From Candidatus Latescibacterota bacterium (GTDB taxonomy: Bacteria > Latescibacterota > UBA2968 > GCA-2709665), in assembly GCA_965203805.1 (NCBI GenBank), contig OZ241917.1:2805718-2869717 (forward strand): DNA of 64,000 bases, read 5' to 3'. This document shows, one piece after another, positions 54,193 through 63,585 of this stretch (position 1 is the stretch's first letter; each line of letters opens with the position of its first letter). The position numbers were made by a program, and so were the translations under genes. The notes beneath the pieces were generated by a model that was given only the letters and a program-made list of their open reading frames with translations, was not told the DNA's origin and made no database searches.

Positions 54193-54573
54193 TTGGTGTT
54201 ATATTTGCCATCATATCCCATTAGAAGCAGAGATACCCGGCCGATCTCCTGGATCAGGGCGGCCCGTAAAGCTTTCAACAGCTTTGCCCAGGGGCCGCAG
54301 AGCGCGATCCTGCGGGCGCTGACGGTCGCGGCCGAAGGCCGTAAAGCCGACATCGCCAAACCTCTGAAGGGTTTCGGCTCCGGCATATTTGAAGTGGCAA
54401 TCAAACACCGCACCGATGCGTATCGGGCAGTCTACGCTGTACGATTCAGGGAGCAGATTTGGGTCCTGCACGCCTTCAAGAAAAAGGCGGGGCAGGGCAT
54501 CAAGATCCCAAAGAAGGATATCGATCTGATCCGTGAGCGGCTAAAGCGATTGAAGAAGGAGTTACGGCAATGA
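54193..54573 (+). CDS. RelE/ParE-superfamily toxin (Gp49/HigB-like); start codon uncertain
   Basis: ..ISWIRAARKAFNSF.., ..GIFEVAIKHRTDAYRAVYAVRFREQIWVLHAFKKKAGQGIKIPKKDIDL.. The stop overlaps the antitoxin start (ATGA). Confidence 0.65.
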   Translation: MVLYLPSYPIRSRDTRPISWIRAARKAFNSFAQGPQSAILRALTVAAEGRKADIAKPLKGFGSGIFEVAIKHRTDAYRAVYAVRFREQIWVLHAFKKKAGQGIKIPKKDIDLIRERLKRLKKELRQ

Positions 54574-54902
54574 GTACAACAGAAGACGATTTTGAGTTGG
54601 TGCATGGCAGCGGCAATGTTTTCCGCGACTTCGGCCGCGCTGACGCCGACGTACAGCAGACCAAGGCGCTTCTGGCTGCTCGCATCATCGGCATTCTTGA
54701 CGACGAAAGGCTTTCAACGCGCAAGGCCGAAGGGCGCACCGGTATCAACCATGCGGACTTTACTCGCATTCGCAACGTTCAGCTTGACCGCTTCACCATT
54801 GACCGTCTGATGACCGTCCTCAATAAACTCGGCCAGCACGTAGACGTACAAATCAACGTTCATCCGCGTGTGGCCGCTGAAGAAGTGCCGGCGCGTCGTT
54901 GA
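54570..54902 (+). CDS. XRE-family HTH antitoxin (HigA-like)
   Basis: ..GSGNVFRDFG.., then HTH LSTRKAEGRTGINHADFTRIRN, then ..FTIDRLMTVLNKLG.. Confidence 0.75.
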   Translation: MSTTEDDFELVHGSGNVFRDFGRADADVQQTKALLAARIIGILDDERLSTRKAEGRTGINHADFTRIRNVQLDRFTIDRLMTVLNKLGQHVDVQINVHPRVAAEEVPARR

Positions 54903-54985
54903 GAGCCTTGTCACGTTCAGCTTGAGCTATTACAGGGAGCACTCTACAGTTTCCATTATTACACACCATTGACCGGGCACCCTGC

Positions 54986-55090
54986 GCCGCTCCCTGAGCC
55001 GTTGTCCTGAACTTGTCGAAGGGTTGTCGAAGGGTCAAAAAGGTACCGAAACGCGGGCGCTTCGACAAGCTCAGCGTCCCGTTCGGGCAA
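54986..55090 (+). repeat. REP-like palindromic intergenic element
   Basis: Shares GCCGCTCCCTGAGC, CTTGTCGAAGGGT, GAAACGCGGGC and TTCGACAAGC blocks, in the same order, with 14401-14495. Its internal arms CTTGTCGAAGG / CTTCGACAAG can pair. Confidence 0.75.
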
Positions 55091-55157
55091 GCCCCTTTCC
55101 ACCTTAGCAGGAGCTTGAGACGTCAACTATCTACTGCTCCTGGCAATAAGGGATGAT

Positions 55158-55904
55158 GTGATGACTGTGAGCAAGAGATACAAATGGGCATTATTGTCCC
55201 TTGTGGCCCTTATTGCTGTCATCTGTAGATCGGGAGTGCTCTGGGCTCAAACTTGCGGACAGCTTCCACCTCGTGCCGATTTCAGCCAGCAAAGGCTTGC
55301 CGTCAAGTTATCCGGAAACTGGGAATTCTTCTCCCCCAATCCGGCGGGGCCAGCATACTTGATATCAGTCTCGGGAGCCCAGACCCTCTGCCTCGCCTGG
55401 GAGGCCCCGCCGTACCCGCGCAAACGAAAACAGATTGTGTACACCAGCACTCAGTATCGAAAGAACCAGCCGATCTGGTTGTGGAGAAACAGCGCGCTCC
55501 AGATTCCGATTATTGGCACTCTTGTAGGTAACTGGAATAGAACTCCGGATTCTTTGGGACGCGATCCCGTGGAGACGTTCACAACGTTCCATCGCGGTTT
55601 GCCCGGGAAGGTGGACATTACGCCGTGGAAGGTCTTGGCGGACTGGCACGACACTTCGGCATGGATGCCTAACCAGAGCAGTTACAAAGTGGTTTCCGCC
55701 GCTTTGAGAAATATGGGGGACACTCTGCCTTACGGTACAGAAAGACTGTTGACGTTGAAAGCGGCACGTCCCCTAAGTTCCTGGGTTACGTTCACAACCT
55801 ACACACCGTCGCCTCAGGATCAGCTTCTTGTGGCTGTGACATTCAGTGGAGATCTGGACAGCCGGGGACCACGGGTTTACCGCTACACCTTCGAGGTCCG
55901 GTGA
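55158..55904 (+). CDS. secreted hypothetical protein
   Basis: 248-aa ORF with a signal peptide (WALLSLVALIAVICRSGVLWA-Q). No recognisable motif. Confidence 0.55.
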   Translation: MMTVSKRYKWALLSLVALIAVICRSGVLWAQTCGQLPPRADFSQQRLAVKLSGNWEFFSPNPAGPAYLISVSGAQTLCLAWEAPPYPRKRKQIVYTSTQYRKNQPIWLWRNSALQIPIIGTLVGNWNRTPDSLGRDPVETFTTFHRGLPGKVDITPWKVLADWHDTSAWMPNQSSYKVVSAALRNMGDTLPYGTERLLTLKAARPLSSWVTFTTYTPSPQDQLLVAVTFSGDLDSRGPRVYRYTFEVR

Positions 55905-55910
55905 TTTAAG

Positions 55911-56417
55911 ATGAAGGATATGACGGAACTCAAGAAAGTTCGAAAAACTCTGGATGATTTCGCGACTCTGCTTACCCAGGAGATTGATCATCAGGATCTG
56001 CCGACATCCCTGAAAGCGGCCACCAGAGCCATCGGGCTTAGCACCCTCCCCGGCGTCGGTCTCGTGATCCGGCACGGAGTCGGCACTGCGGCCGAGATAG
56101 CAGGAACCAGCCTTGTGCTGGTGCTGAGCTGGATGGTGTTCACAGCCATCCTGTCCCGCGAGAAGAAACTGGCGATGGCGCGAAACCTGAACCTGCTATC
56201 ATTTTGGATAGCCGCGACGCTTGTCTTCGTTTTTTTAACCGACCTTCTTTTTGACGACCCCCTCGAAAAGATGATCCGCTTCCTGAGTGTGGCTGGCGGG
56301 TTGTTTGTGTTTGTTCCGGTTCACCTGATCCGGAGTGCCCGCTCGTGGTCAATCTTGTGGCGGCTCCCGGCCCTGTGGCTCACGATGGGCTACCTGGCGT
56401 GGAGCGTATTTTACTGA
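55911..56417 (+). CDS. hypothetical integral membrane protein (about 4 TM)
   Basis: 168-aa ORF starting 6 nt after the previous gene. Its hydrophobic segments include LVLVLSWMVFTAIL, LLSFWIAATLVFVFL, VAGGLFVFVPV and ALWLTMGYLAWSVF. Confidence 0.55.
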   Translation: MKDMTELKKVRKTLDDFATLLTQEIDHQDLPTSLKAATRAIGLSTLPGVGLVIRHGVGTAAEIAGTSLVLVLSWMVFTAILSREKKLAMARNLNLLSFWIAATLVFVFLTDLLFDDPLEKMIRFLSVAGGLFVFVPVHLIRSARSWSILWRLPALWLTMGYLAWSVFY

Positions 56418-56607
56418 GGTTCGACGTATCACCAATCCCGGCCGGTTGAGCGAGGCTGGGTCCAGAAGCTGAACTCTTCGAGTTGCCACGTGCATCGCGC
56501 CGGAGAGAAACTCTTCACTCCTCAATCTGATCAAGCAGCAGGTAAAGAATAGCACCTTGTGATCGTAATCGTCGGAACGCCGGGGAGATCGGACGTACCA
56601 GTAACTG

Positions 56608-58203
56608 ATGAGATTGGATATGAAACGTCGCGCTGGATCCGCCATGGTCGCGGCGGTCGCCATCCTCGCGGTGCTCGCACGCCAGGAAACGCCGGCGCAG
56701 ACCGCCGGGTTCGATCCGGAAGCCCTGGCGAAGCAATTCGTGGGCTTCGACGTCTCGCGAAACGCGGGAAAGGGATATTCCGAGAGCGCGAGTTCCGCCA
56801 CGCTGGCGTGGGGCGAAAGTTACTACCTGAACGCCTACGTAAAGATGTACCGGACAACCCGGTATACACGGTGGCTGGACAAGATCGTGGACCACTTCGA
56901 CCGGATGGTCGCCAATATGAGCGACCACGACGGCGACGGCATCCCCGGGTGGCACACGGACCGGTATTCGGTGTCCCGGATGCGGGCCCGGGCGTTGCAC
57001 AACCGGGGGACGGCGTCGATCAGGCCGGAAGAAGCCACGGTTACGAACATCGAGCAGGCCCACGAAGCGATCGACGGGGAGTTCATCGTCGAGCGGGTCG
57101 CATCGAACCGGTACGTGGTGCGGGACCTCACCCGTTCGGTAGTGGTCTATGACGGTCCATATTCTCTGGGCCAGGATATCCCCGGCATTCCGGGGTTCAA
57201 ATTGCGCCTGGACAGGATCCCCGAGATCGGAGACAAGTTCCGGGTGGAGACGTGGGCGGTGCGTCCCCTGGAATACGCCGTGCACGAGGGGATGATTCTG
57301 TACCCGATCGCGCAGTTTATCGAACTCGCCCTCAGGGACGATAGTCTGAAGGCGCGCTACGAGGAAAAGGCGCGCGATTACCTCGATCTGATCGAGGAGC
57401 GCGTGTTGAGAAAGCAGGAGCGCTACTGGGTACAGATGGCGCCCGGCATGGGGGCCTACCGGTTCACCGAATCGTCGGCCGAACGATTTCCCAACCGCAT
57501 CCTTCCGCATAACCAGTACCTCGCGCTCGGCCGCGTCTACCTGGTGCTGAAAGACGTTTCGGACGAGCCGCTGTTCGAGGAGCGCGCCGCCCAGATGGCC
57601 GCGTTCTTCAGGAATTCCTTGAAGGAAACGGGCGATGCGTATACCTGGGCTTATTGGGACTGGGTCGAGGCGGGCAGGCCGGATCAGAGCGGCACGGAGG
57701 ACACGAGCCACGGGCACATCGACGTGGAGTTCGCCGTCGAGGCCTACCGGCGTGGCGTGGTCTTCACGCGGGCGGACATGCTCCGGTTCGCCGGGACGCT
57801 CACGGACCAGATGTGGAACGGGTCCCTCTCGAACCCGAAGATCGGTTCCCGCGTGGACCGGCAGGACGGAGACGCGACGATCATTCGCGGCTGGATCGAG
57901 CTCTGCCGGTGGGACCCGCGGATCTGGGACATCTACTGGGCGCTGTTCGACCGCATCGGCAGACCCGGGCTGGAAATTCCGCACATCCTCTACACCAGAT
58001 CCGTGCTCGACGGCCCCCCCGAGCTCAAGTCGCCGGACTTCAACGGCGACCGAACGGTTGACTTTCAGGACTTCCTTGCGTTCGCGCGGCACTTCGGTTC
58101 GACGTCGGACACCGGTTCGTTTGACGAAAGGTTCGATCTGGACGGCGACGGCAGCGTCAACTTCGCGGATTTCATTGCCTTCGCCGCTGCATTCGGCGCC
58201 TGA
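56608..58203 (+). CDS. secreted protein with a C-terminal dockerin-like EF-hand pair (helical, possibly glycoside-hydrolase-like body)
   Basis: Signal peptide (AAVAILAVLARQETPAQ). C-terminus DFNGDRTVDFQDFLAFARHFG...DLDGDGSVNFADFIAFAAAFG. Confidence 0.7.
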   Translation: MRLDMKRRAGSAMVAAVAILAVLARQETPAQTAGFDPEALAKQFVGFDVSRNAGKGYSESASSATLAWGESYYLNAYVKMYRTTRYTRWLDKIVDHFDRMVANMSDHDGDGIPGWHTDRYSVSRMRARALHNRGTASIRPEEATVTNIEQAHEAIDGEFIVERVASNRYVVRDLTRSVVVYDGPYSLGQDIPGIPGFKLRLDRIPEIGDKFRVETWAVRPLEYAVHEGMILYPIAQFIELALRDDSLKARYEEKARDYLDLIEERVLRKQERYWVQMAPGMGAYRFTESSAERFPNRILPHNQYLALGRVYLVLKDVSDEPLFEERAAQMAAFFRNSLKETGDAYTWAYWDWVEAGRPDQSGTEDTSHGHIDVEFAVEAYRRGVVFTRADMLRFAGTLTDQMWNGSLSNPKIGSRVDRQDGDATIIRGWIELCRWDPRIWDIYWALFDRIGRPGLEIPHILYTRSVLDGPPELKSPDFNGDRTVDFQDFLAFARHFGSTSDTGSFDERFDLDGDGSVNFADFIAFAAAFGA

Positions 58204-58303
58204 CGCGCGCGGCGCTACATGACGTAGCGGGAACGGAGAAACCGGACGACGACGACCGCGGGGCCGCCTGACGCGTACGTAAAGACAGATACGGAGGACG
58301 AAA

Positions 58304-60736
58304 ATGCTGAAATTAAGGGTCTTGCAGGCCGCAGTCAACCGGGTGCGGCTGGGAGTGGACCTTGCCGGTCAGACGGGAGCCCGCATATACAGGTCGCGCC
58401 GCGCGGCGGGTCCCTATGAAGAGGTCGGGGTGGCGTTCGAGGAGACGTACGACGATACGGCGCACCTGGAACCGGGAAAGACCTGTTACTATCTCGCGGC
58501 GGAATGGCGCGCCCCCAGCCTGATTCCGGAAACGAACAGTCTCAAGGGGGGCGACCCGCTACGGGTTGCGGTACCCCGGTCGCAGAAAGAACGGCGTTCG
58601 GTACTGACGGAAAAGCATGCGGAATTCACGATTTCCATGGGCGGGTACCTGGACGAATCCAATTCGGTCACCGTGGGCCCGGAAGTCTACTGTCCCGGTC
58701 CGAATTCGAGCATGCCACCGTACGACCAGGTCTTCGAGCCCAACCAGTACGTGGTCATCGAGAACCTGGGAGAGACCGACGTGGAGAACCCGTGGGTGGT
58801 GGCCAACGGGCAGCGGGACTGGTGGTCTGCGGAAACGATGACGAAAGAGATCGCCGGCATCGCCGGGGGCGGGCGGCTGGACGACCGGGACAAGATGATG
58901 GCGATCTGGAAATTCGTGGTCGACGAGCTCTACGACAGCCGGATCGGACTGTCCTGGTTCGACCAGACCAGCGACCCCGTCAGACTCTTCAATGTCTACG
59001 GTTTCGAGGGCTGCGTCGCCAACGCGATCACGAGCCGCCGCCTCGCCGAACAGATGGGCGTGAAGAGCCGGGAGATCTGGCTGGGCGGCACCATCGACGG
59101 ATACGGGCGCGGGCGCAGTTGCGGGCACGATATCTTCGAGGCGTTCGCGGACGGGAACTGGCATTTTCTGGACACGGACCTGATGGTGTTCTTCCTCAAG
59201 CGGGACAACAGGACGGTTGCCGGCTCCGAGGACCTTTCCCGGGATATCGACCTGCTGCGCCGCTCCCACCGCAACCTCGGCCTGTGCGGGCGAGACCTGC
59301 CCGAGAAGGACTATTACTACACGCCCTTCCGGGAGGGTCAGTACGTGTATCCCCCCAACAAGGGCGGCGCGTGGATGGACGCCGCGGGGAAGATAAAACA
59401 AACGCCGGGCGAATACCCTCCGGCGCAGACGATGGCGCTGCGGCTGCGGCCTGGGGAAAAACTCGTCCGCTACTGGGACAACGTTGGAAAGAACGTGATC
59501 CGGGGGAAGCGTCTCTATCCGACGGTAAGATATTCCAACGGGAAACTGGCGTACCGGCCCGACCTTCGGGGCCCGCATGCATTGAATGGGACAGAATCGG
59601 CGATCAACGTCGCGCAGGAGACTTCGGGGAGACGCGTCGCCCTGCATCCGGAAAAGAAAGAGGAGGTCTCGGAGGTGGTGTGGCGGGTGGCGTCGCCCTA
59701 CGCGATTGCCGGGGCGCGGTTGGGCATCCGATGTCGATGCGATACGCAGGAAGACGGCCTGGAAGTCCTGTTTTCCAAAGATGGAGAAGACTGGCGGTCC
59801 TTGTGGGTCGCCATTGGACGGCGCCTGGACGCCTGCGTGGACCTGGACTGGTACCTGAACCCGGCGCTGAACGACTGGCGCGGGGAGACCGACCTCGGAT
59901 GGCGGATGGGGCCATGTTACCAGTACTACGTCAAGGTGGCCATGTGGGCGGGGTCCCGGCCCCAGGCGGTGGGTCTGGACGCGATCCGTTTCGATACGGA
60001 TATCCAGTGCGCCACGCGGTCTCTGCCGTCGCTGTTCTGCGGCGACAATACGATCGCCTATCGGGACGACACTCCGGGGCCGCGGAAGGTGCGTGTGACG
60101 TACGGATGGCGCGAGGAACGGTCGATCCGTCCGCCCGGAGCGCCCGGGCTGATTTACCCTGACGATCGCGCCGACGTCGACCGGATGGATTTCGAATTCC
60201 GGTGGAAGCGCCCCCGCGGGGGCAGCGGAAACGTGGACGATTACCACATCCAGGTCAGCCGATACGCGGATTTCAGATGGAGCGTATGCCCCGCGTTCGA
60301 CCGGTACGTTGGAAGGACCGCTTACGCCGGTGGGACGAAATGGCAGGCGGAGTTTCCCAATCTGTTGAATCCGGACGACGTCTATTACTGGCGCGTGCGG
60401 GCACGGAACGAAAAGGGCGTGTGGGGAGACTGGAGTGAAACGCGTTCGTTCGTGCCCCACGGCCCGTGTCTTCCGGTGGACCTCAGGGTTGAGGGCCGGG
60501 GCCGAAAACGATCGCTGGTGTGGTCCGCAAACCAGAACGGGAACCCGGCGGTGCGCTATCTGGTTCACGGGTGCCGGGAGCCCGGCGGATTCTCCGCGAC
60601 AGATGAGAATCTGTTGTGTACCGTCGATGAAGCCCGCTGGCCGCTGGACGACGCGGAGAAGGGGATGTCCTATCGGGTCGTGGCTGTGGATGCCGGCGGC
60701 GTCCCGAGTACGCCGTCGGAATACGTCACCGTGTGA
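58304..60736 (+). CDS. large transglutaminase-like (Cys-His-Asp core) protein with a C-terminal FN3-like domain
   Basis: ..YGFEGCVANA.. (Cys), ..CGHDIFEAFADGNWHFLDTD.. (His/Asp). C-terminus ..YYWRVRARNEKGVWGDWSETRSF.. GGAGGA Shine-Dalgarno. Confidence 0.7.
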   Translation: MLKLRVLQAAVNRVRLGVDLAGQTGARIYRSRRAAGPYEEVGVAFEETYDDTAHLEPGKTCYYLAAEWRAPSLIPETNSLKGGDPLRVAVPRSQKERRSVLTEKHAEFTISMGGYLDESNSVTVGPEVYCPGPNSSMPPYDQVFEPNQYVVIENLGETDVENPWVVANGQRDWWSAETMTKEIAGIAGGGRLDDRDKMMAIWKFVVDELYDSRIGLSWFDQTSDPVRLFNVYGFEGCVANAITSRRLAEQMGVKSREIWLGGTIDGYGRGRSCGHDIFEAFADGNWHFLDTDLMVFFLKRDNRTVAGSEDLSRDIDLLRRSHRNLGLCGRDLPEKDYYYTPFREGQYVYPPNKGGAWMDAAGKIKQTPGEYPPAQTMALRLRPGEKLVRYWDNVGKNVIRGKRLYPTVRYSNGKLAYRPDLRGPHALNGTESAINVAQETSGRRVALHPEKKEEVSEVVWRVASPYAIAGARLGIRCRCDTQEDGLEVLFSKDGEDWRSLWVAIGRRLDACVDLDWYLNPALNDWRGETDLGWRMGPCYQYYVKVAMWAGSRPQAVGLDAIRFDTDIQCATRSLPSLFCGDNTIAYRDDTPGPRKVRVTYGWREERSIRPPGAPGLIYPDDRADVDRMDFEFRWKRPRGGSGNVDDYHIQVSRYADFRWSVCPAFDRYVGRTAYAGGTKWQAEFPNLLNPDDVYYWRVRARNEKGVWGDWSETRSFVPHGPCLPVDLRVEGRGRKRSLVWSANQNGNPAVRYLVHGCREPGGFSATDENLLCTVDEARWPLDDAEKGMSYRVVAVDAGGVPSTPSEYVTV

Positions 60737-60752
60737 GCGCCAAGGGTGAACC

Positions 60753-62303
60753 ATGACCAGACGCAGACTGCCCATCGGCATTCAGACCTTCCGCAAAATT
60801 CGGGAGGACGACTGCTACTACGTCGATAAGACCGCCTACATCCGGAGGTTGCTCGACGAGGGTACTCATTACTTCCTATCGCGTCCTCGGCGCTTTGGCA
60901 AGAGCCTGTTTTTAGACACGATCAAGGAGGTGTTCGAGGGCAACGAGCCGCTGTTTGCCGGGCTGGCCATCCACGACCAGTGGGATTGGTCGGTGCGCCA
61001 TCCGGTGCTGCGGCTCGACTTCAGCAGCGGCGCCTACCAGGGGCCGGACGACTTGCAAAAGGAAGTGGCGGCGCAATTGAACACCCTGGAGGACGAGGCG
61101 GAGATCGTCTCGCGCGACGACGACACCGCTTCGGCTCGCTTCCGCCGCTTGATGAAGGTGCTGCACGAGCGAAGTGGTCAGCGCGTTGCCGTGCTGATTG
61201 ACGAATACGACAAGCCTATTTTGGATGCGCTGGATACGCCGGAGGTCGCCCGTGCCAACCGCGACTTTCTACGCGGCCTGTATTCGACCGTGAAGTTTGC
61301 CGACGCCCACGTCCGGCTCACGTTCATCACAGGGGTGAGCAAGTTCTCCAAGGTCAGCTTGTTTTCCGGCCTCAACAATCTCAAGGACATCACCCTGGAC
61401 CCGCGCTATTCGGCTCTGTGCGGCTACACCGAGGCAGACCTGGATACGGTGTTCTCGCCGGAGTTGCCCGGCCTGGACCGGGAGCGGATCCGCGACTGGT
61501 ACAACGGCTACCGGTGGCGGGGCGACGAGAAGGTGTACAACCCCTTCGACATCCTGCTGCTGTTCGACAGCCGCGAGTTCAAAGCCTATTGGTTCGAGAC
61601 CGGGACGCCGACGTTCCTGATCGAAATGCTGCTCGAGCGCCGCGTCAGTTCCTTAGAACTCGGCGCGATGGAGGGCAGCGACGAACTCCTCTCGACCTTT
61701 GACGTCGATGACGTCGCCACGGAGGCCCTGCTGTTCCAGACAGGCTACCTGACGATCACCGACGAGGAGGACCTGGGCGGCGAGCCCGTCTATCGCCTGG
61801 ACTATCCCAACCGCGAGGTGCGCCAGAGCCTGAACCGCAGTCTGCTGCGCTACCTGGTGCGGGATGCGACGCGGCAGCGGGCCAATAGCACACGGTTGTA
61901 CCGGCTGTTGGAAGCCAACGACTTCGAGGGACTCAAGACACTTTTCCACGCTTTCTTCGCCAGCATCCCCTACGAGTGGTACACCAACAACGACGTTGCC
62001 AGGTACGAGGGCTACTACGCCAGCGTTTTCTATTCCTATTTCGCGGCGCTGGGTCTCAATATCACCGTAGAAGACAGCAGCAGTCACGGGCGCGTGGATA
62101 TGGCTGTACACTTCAACGACAACGTCTATCTGTTCGAGTTCAAAGTGGTAGAGTTGGCGTCTGATGGGGCTGCGATGGCGCAATTGCGGGAGAAGGGATA
62201 CGCGGACAAATACCGCGATTTGGGGCAGCCGATTCACCTGATCGGGGTCGAGTTCAGCAAGGATACCCGCAATATCACGGCCTTCGAGGCGGCCCGTGCG
62301 TGA
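60753..62303 (+). CDS. AAA-ATPase-like (DUF1703) + PD-(D/E)xK (PDDEXK_9) family protein
   Basis: N-terminus LPIGIQTFRKIREDDCYYVDKTAYI..YFLSRPRRFGKSL. C-terminus ..GRVDMAVHFNDNVYLFEFKV.. (D..E.K nuclease-like motif). Confidence 0.8.
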   Translation: MTRRRLPIGIQTFRKIREDDCYYVDKTAYIRRLLDEGTHYFLSRPRRFGKSLFLDTIKEVFEGNEPLFAGLAIHDQWDWSVRHPVLRLDFSSGAYQGPDDLQKEVAAQLNTLEDEAEIVSRDDDTASARFRRLMKVLHERSGQRVAVLIDEYDKPILDALDTPEVARANRDFLRGLYSTVKFADAHVRLTFITGVSKFSKVSLFSGLNNLKDITLDPRYSALCGYTEADLDTVFSPELPGLDRERIRDWYNGYRWRGDEKVYNPFDILLLFDSREFKAYWFETGTPTFLIEMLLERRVSSLELGAMEGSDELLSTFDVDDVATEALLFQTGYLTITDEEDLGGEPVYRLDYPNREVRQSLNRSLLRYLVRDATRQRANSTRLYRLLEANDFEGLKTLFHAFFASIPYEWYTNNDVARYEGYYASVFYSYFAALGLNITVEDSSSHGRVDMAVHFNDNVYLFEFKVVELASDGAAMAQLREKGYADKYRDLGQPIHLIGVEFSKDTRNITAFEAARA

Positions 62304-62523
62304 CCTGCGAAGCGGGGTTGCGCACGACGATAGCAGGAAAACATCTGACGCGGGCAGACAGGAATCCCCCGTTTCGGCAGGTTTTCGCCGTGACAACGAA
62401 AAAACTGCAGGATCACGGCGTTACGACACGCGCCGTTTCGCGCCGGTACCTTCTGTGCCCTTTGTGCATTTTGTGGCCGATGCATTTTTCGACTTGAGGT
62501 AAATTGACATTCGGGGGTGATCC

Positions 62524-63573
62524 ATGTCCGAACGCGAATACAGCGGGGTTATCGTGGGCTTGACGGGAATCGGGGCCGGACGTCCGGCCGAAGCCGGGGG
62601 TCTGCCGCTATACGGCGCGATGCCGATGTCGCACGCCTCGGCCTATTACCGGTGTCCTCAGACCCGGCTGACGGCTGTGTGCGACCTGCGTGAGGAGGCG
62701 CTGGACAGTTTCCGGGAGAACTGGAACGACGTGTGGCCCGAAATGCGCTACTACGTGGATTATCGGGAAATGTTCGAGGCGGAAAATCCCGAATTGGTGA
62801 GCGTCGCGACGTCGGACCACTTCCACGCGGATATCGTGGTGGATGCGGCCGAGCGCGGTACGGCCGCGATTCTCTGCGAAAAACCGCTTGCGACAACGCT
62901 CGAGGACGCCGACAGGATGATCTCGGCGACCGAAGCGAACGGGACCGTACTTTCGGTGGATCATTCCCGGCGGTGGTACCCGCATTACCTCAAGGCCCGC
63001 GAGATCGTCCGAAGCGGCGAGATCGGGCCGCTGCGCACCGTCGGGTGCGAGATGTTCGGCCTGCGTTCGATGTTGTTTCGCAACGGGACCCACGCCCTGG
63101 ATACGGTCTGCTTTTTTGCAGACGGAGATCCCCTGTGGCTGGTGGCGGACCTGGAGGACGGGTTCGAACACTTCACCGAGTATCGGGGAGGCGGAGGAAA
63201 GGATGCCGCGAGTGATCCGTATGCCTCGGCCTATATCCGGTTCGGGAACGGCGTCAGGGCTTTTTTCAACTCCTACAAGACGACGTTCGCCGGGTGGCGG
63301 TTCATTCTGACGTGTGAGGACGGGCGGGTGGAAGCCACCGATAAGACGGCCAGGCTGATTCGCGGCGCCTCGTTCGAGACCTCGGAGATCGTCCCGGAGC
63401 ATTACATGCTGCATTCCAAGGGCGCCCTGGTGGCGGAACTGGTGCATCTGCTGGAACACGGCGGAGACCCGGTGTCTCCCGCGCGGGAGGCGCGGAAATC
63501 ACTGGAGGTCATCCTGGGCATCCTGAAGTCTCATCACGCGGGCAACACACGCGTCGACTTTCCGCTGTCCTGA
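62524..63573 (+). CDS. Gfo/Idh/MocA-family oxidoreductase
   Basis: N-terminal dinucleotide-binding region and the EKP motif (LCEKPLATT). Confidence 0.8.
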   Translation: MSEREYSGVIVGLTGIGAGRPAEAGGLPLYGAMPMSHASAYYRCPQTRLTAVCDLREEALDSFRENWNDVWPEMRYYVDYREMFEAENPELVSVATSDHFHADIVVDAAERGTAAILCEKPLATTLEDADRMISATEANGTVLSVDHSRRWYPHYLKAREIVRSGEIGPLRTVGCEMFGLRSMLFRNGTHALDTVCFFADGDPLWLVADLEDGFEHFTEYRGGGGKDAASDPYASAYIRFGNGVRAFFNSYKTTFAGWRFILTCEDGRVEATDKTARLIRGASFETSEIVPEHYMLHSKGALVAELVHLLEHGGDPVSPAREARKSLEVILGILKSHHAGNTRVDFPLS

Positions 63574-63585
63574 GGAGATCACGAC

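Noticed and set aside
56515-58338. 607-aa minus-strand ORF
   Set aside because: It is a shadow of the 56608-58203 gene, which has a signal peptide and a dockerin-like C-terminus. The translation is Arg/Pro-rich.
58559-60781. 740-aa minus-strand ORF, plus the 552-aa +2-frame ORF at 58504-60162
   Set aside because: Both overlap the 810-aa transglutaminase-like gene, which has a Shine-Dalgarno site and conserved catalytic motifs. Both show the low-complexity Arg/Gly/Pro composition of high-GC alternative frames.
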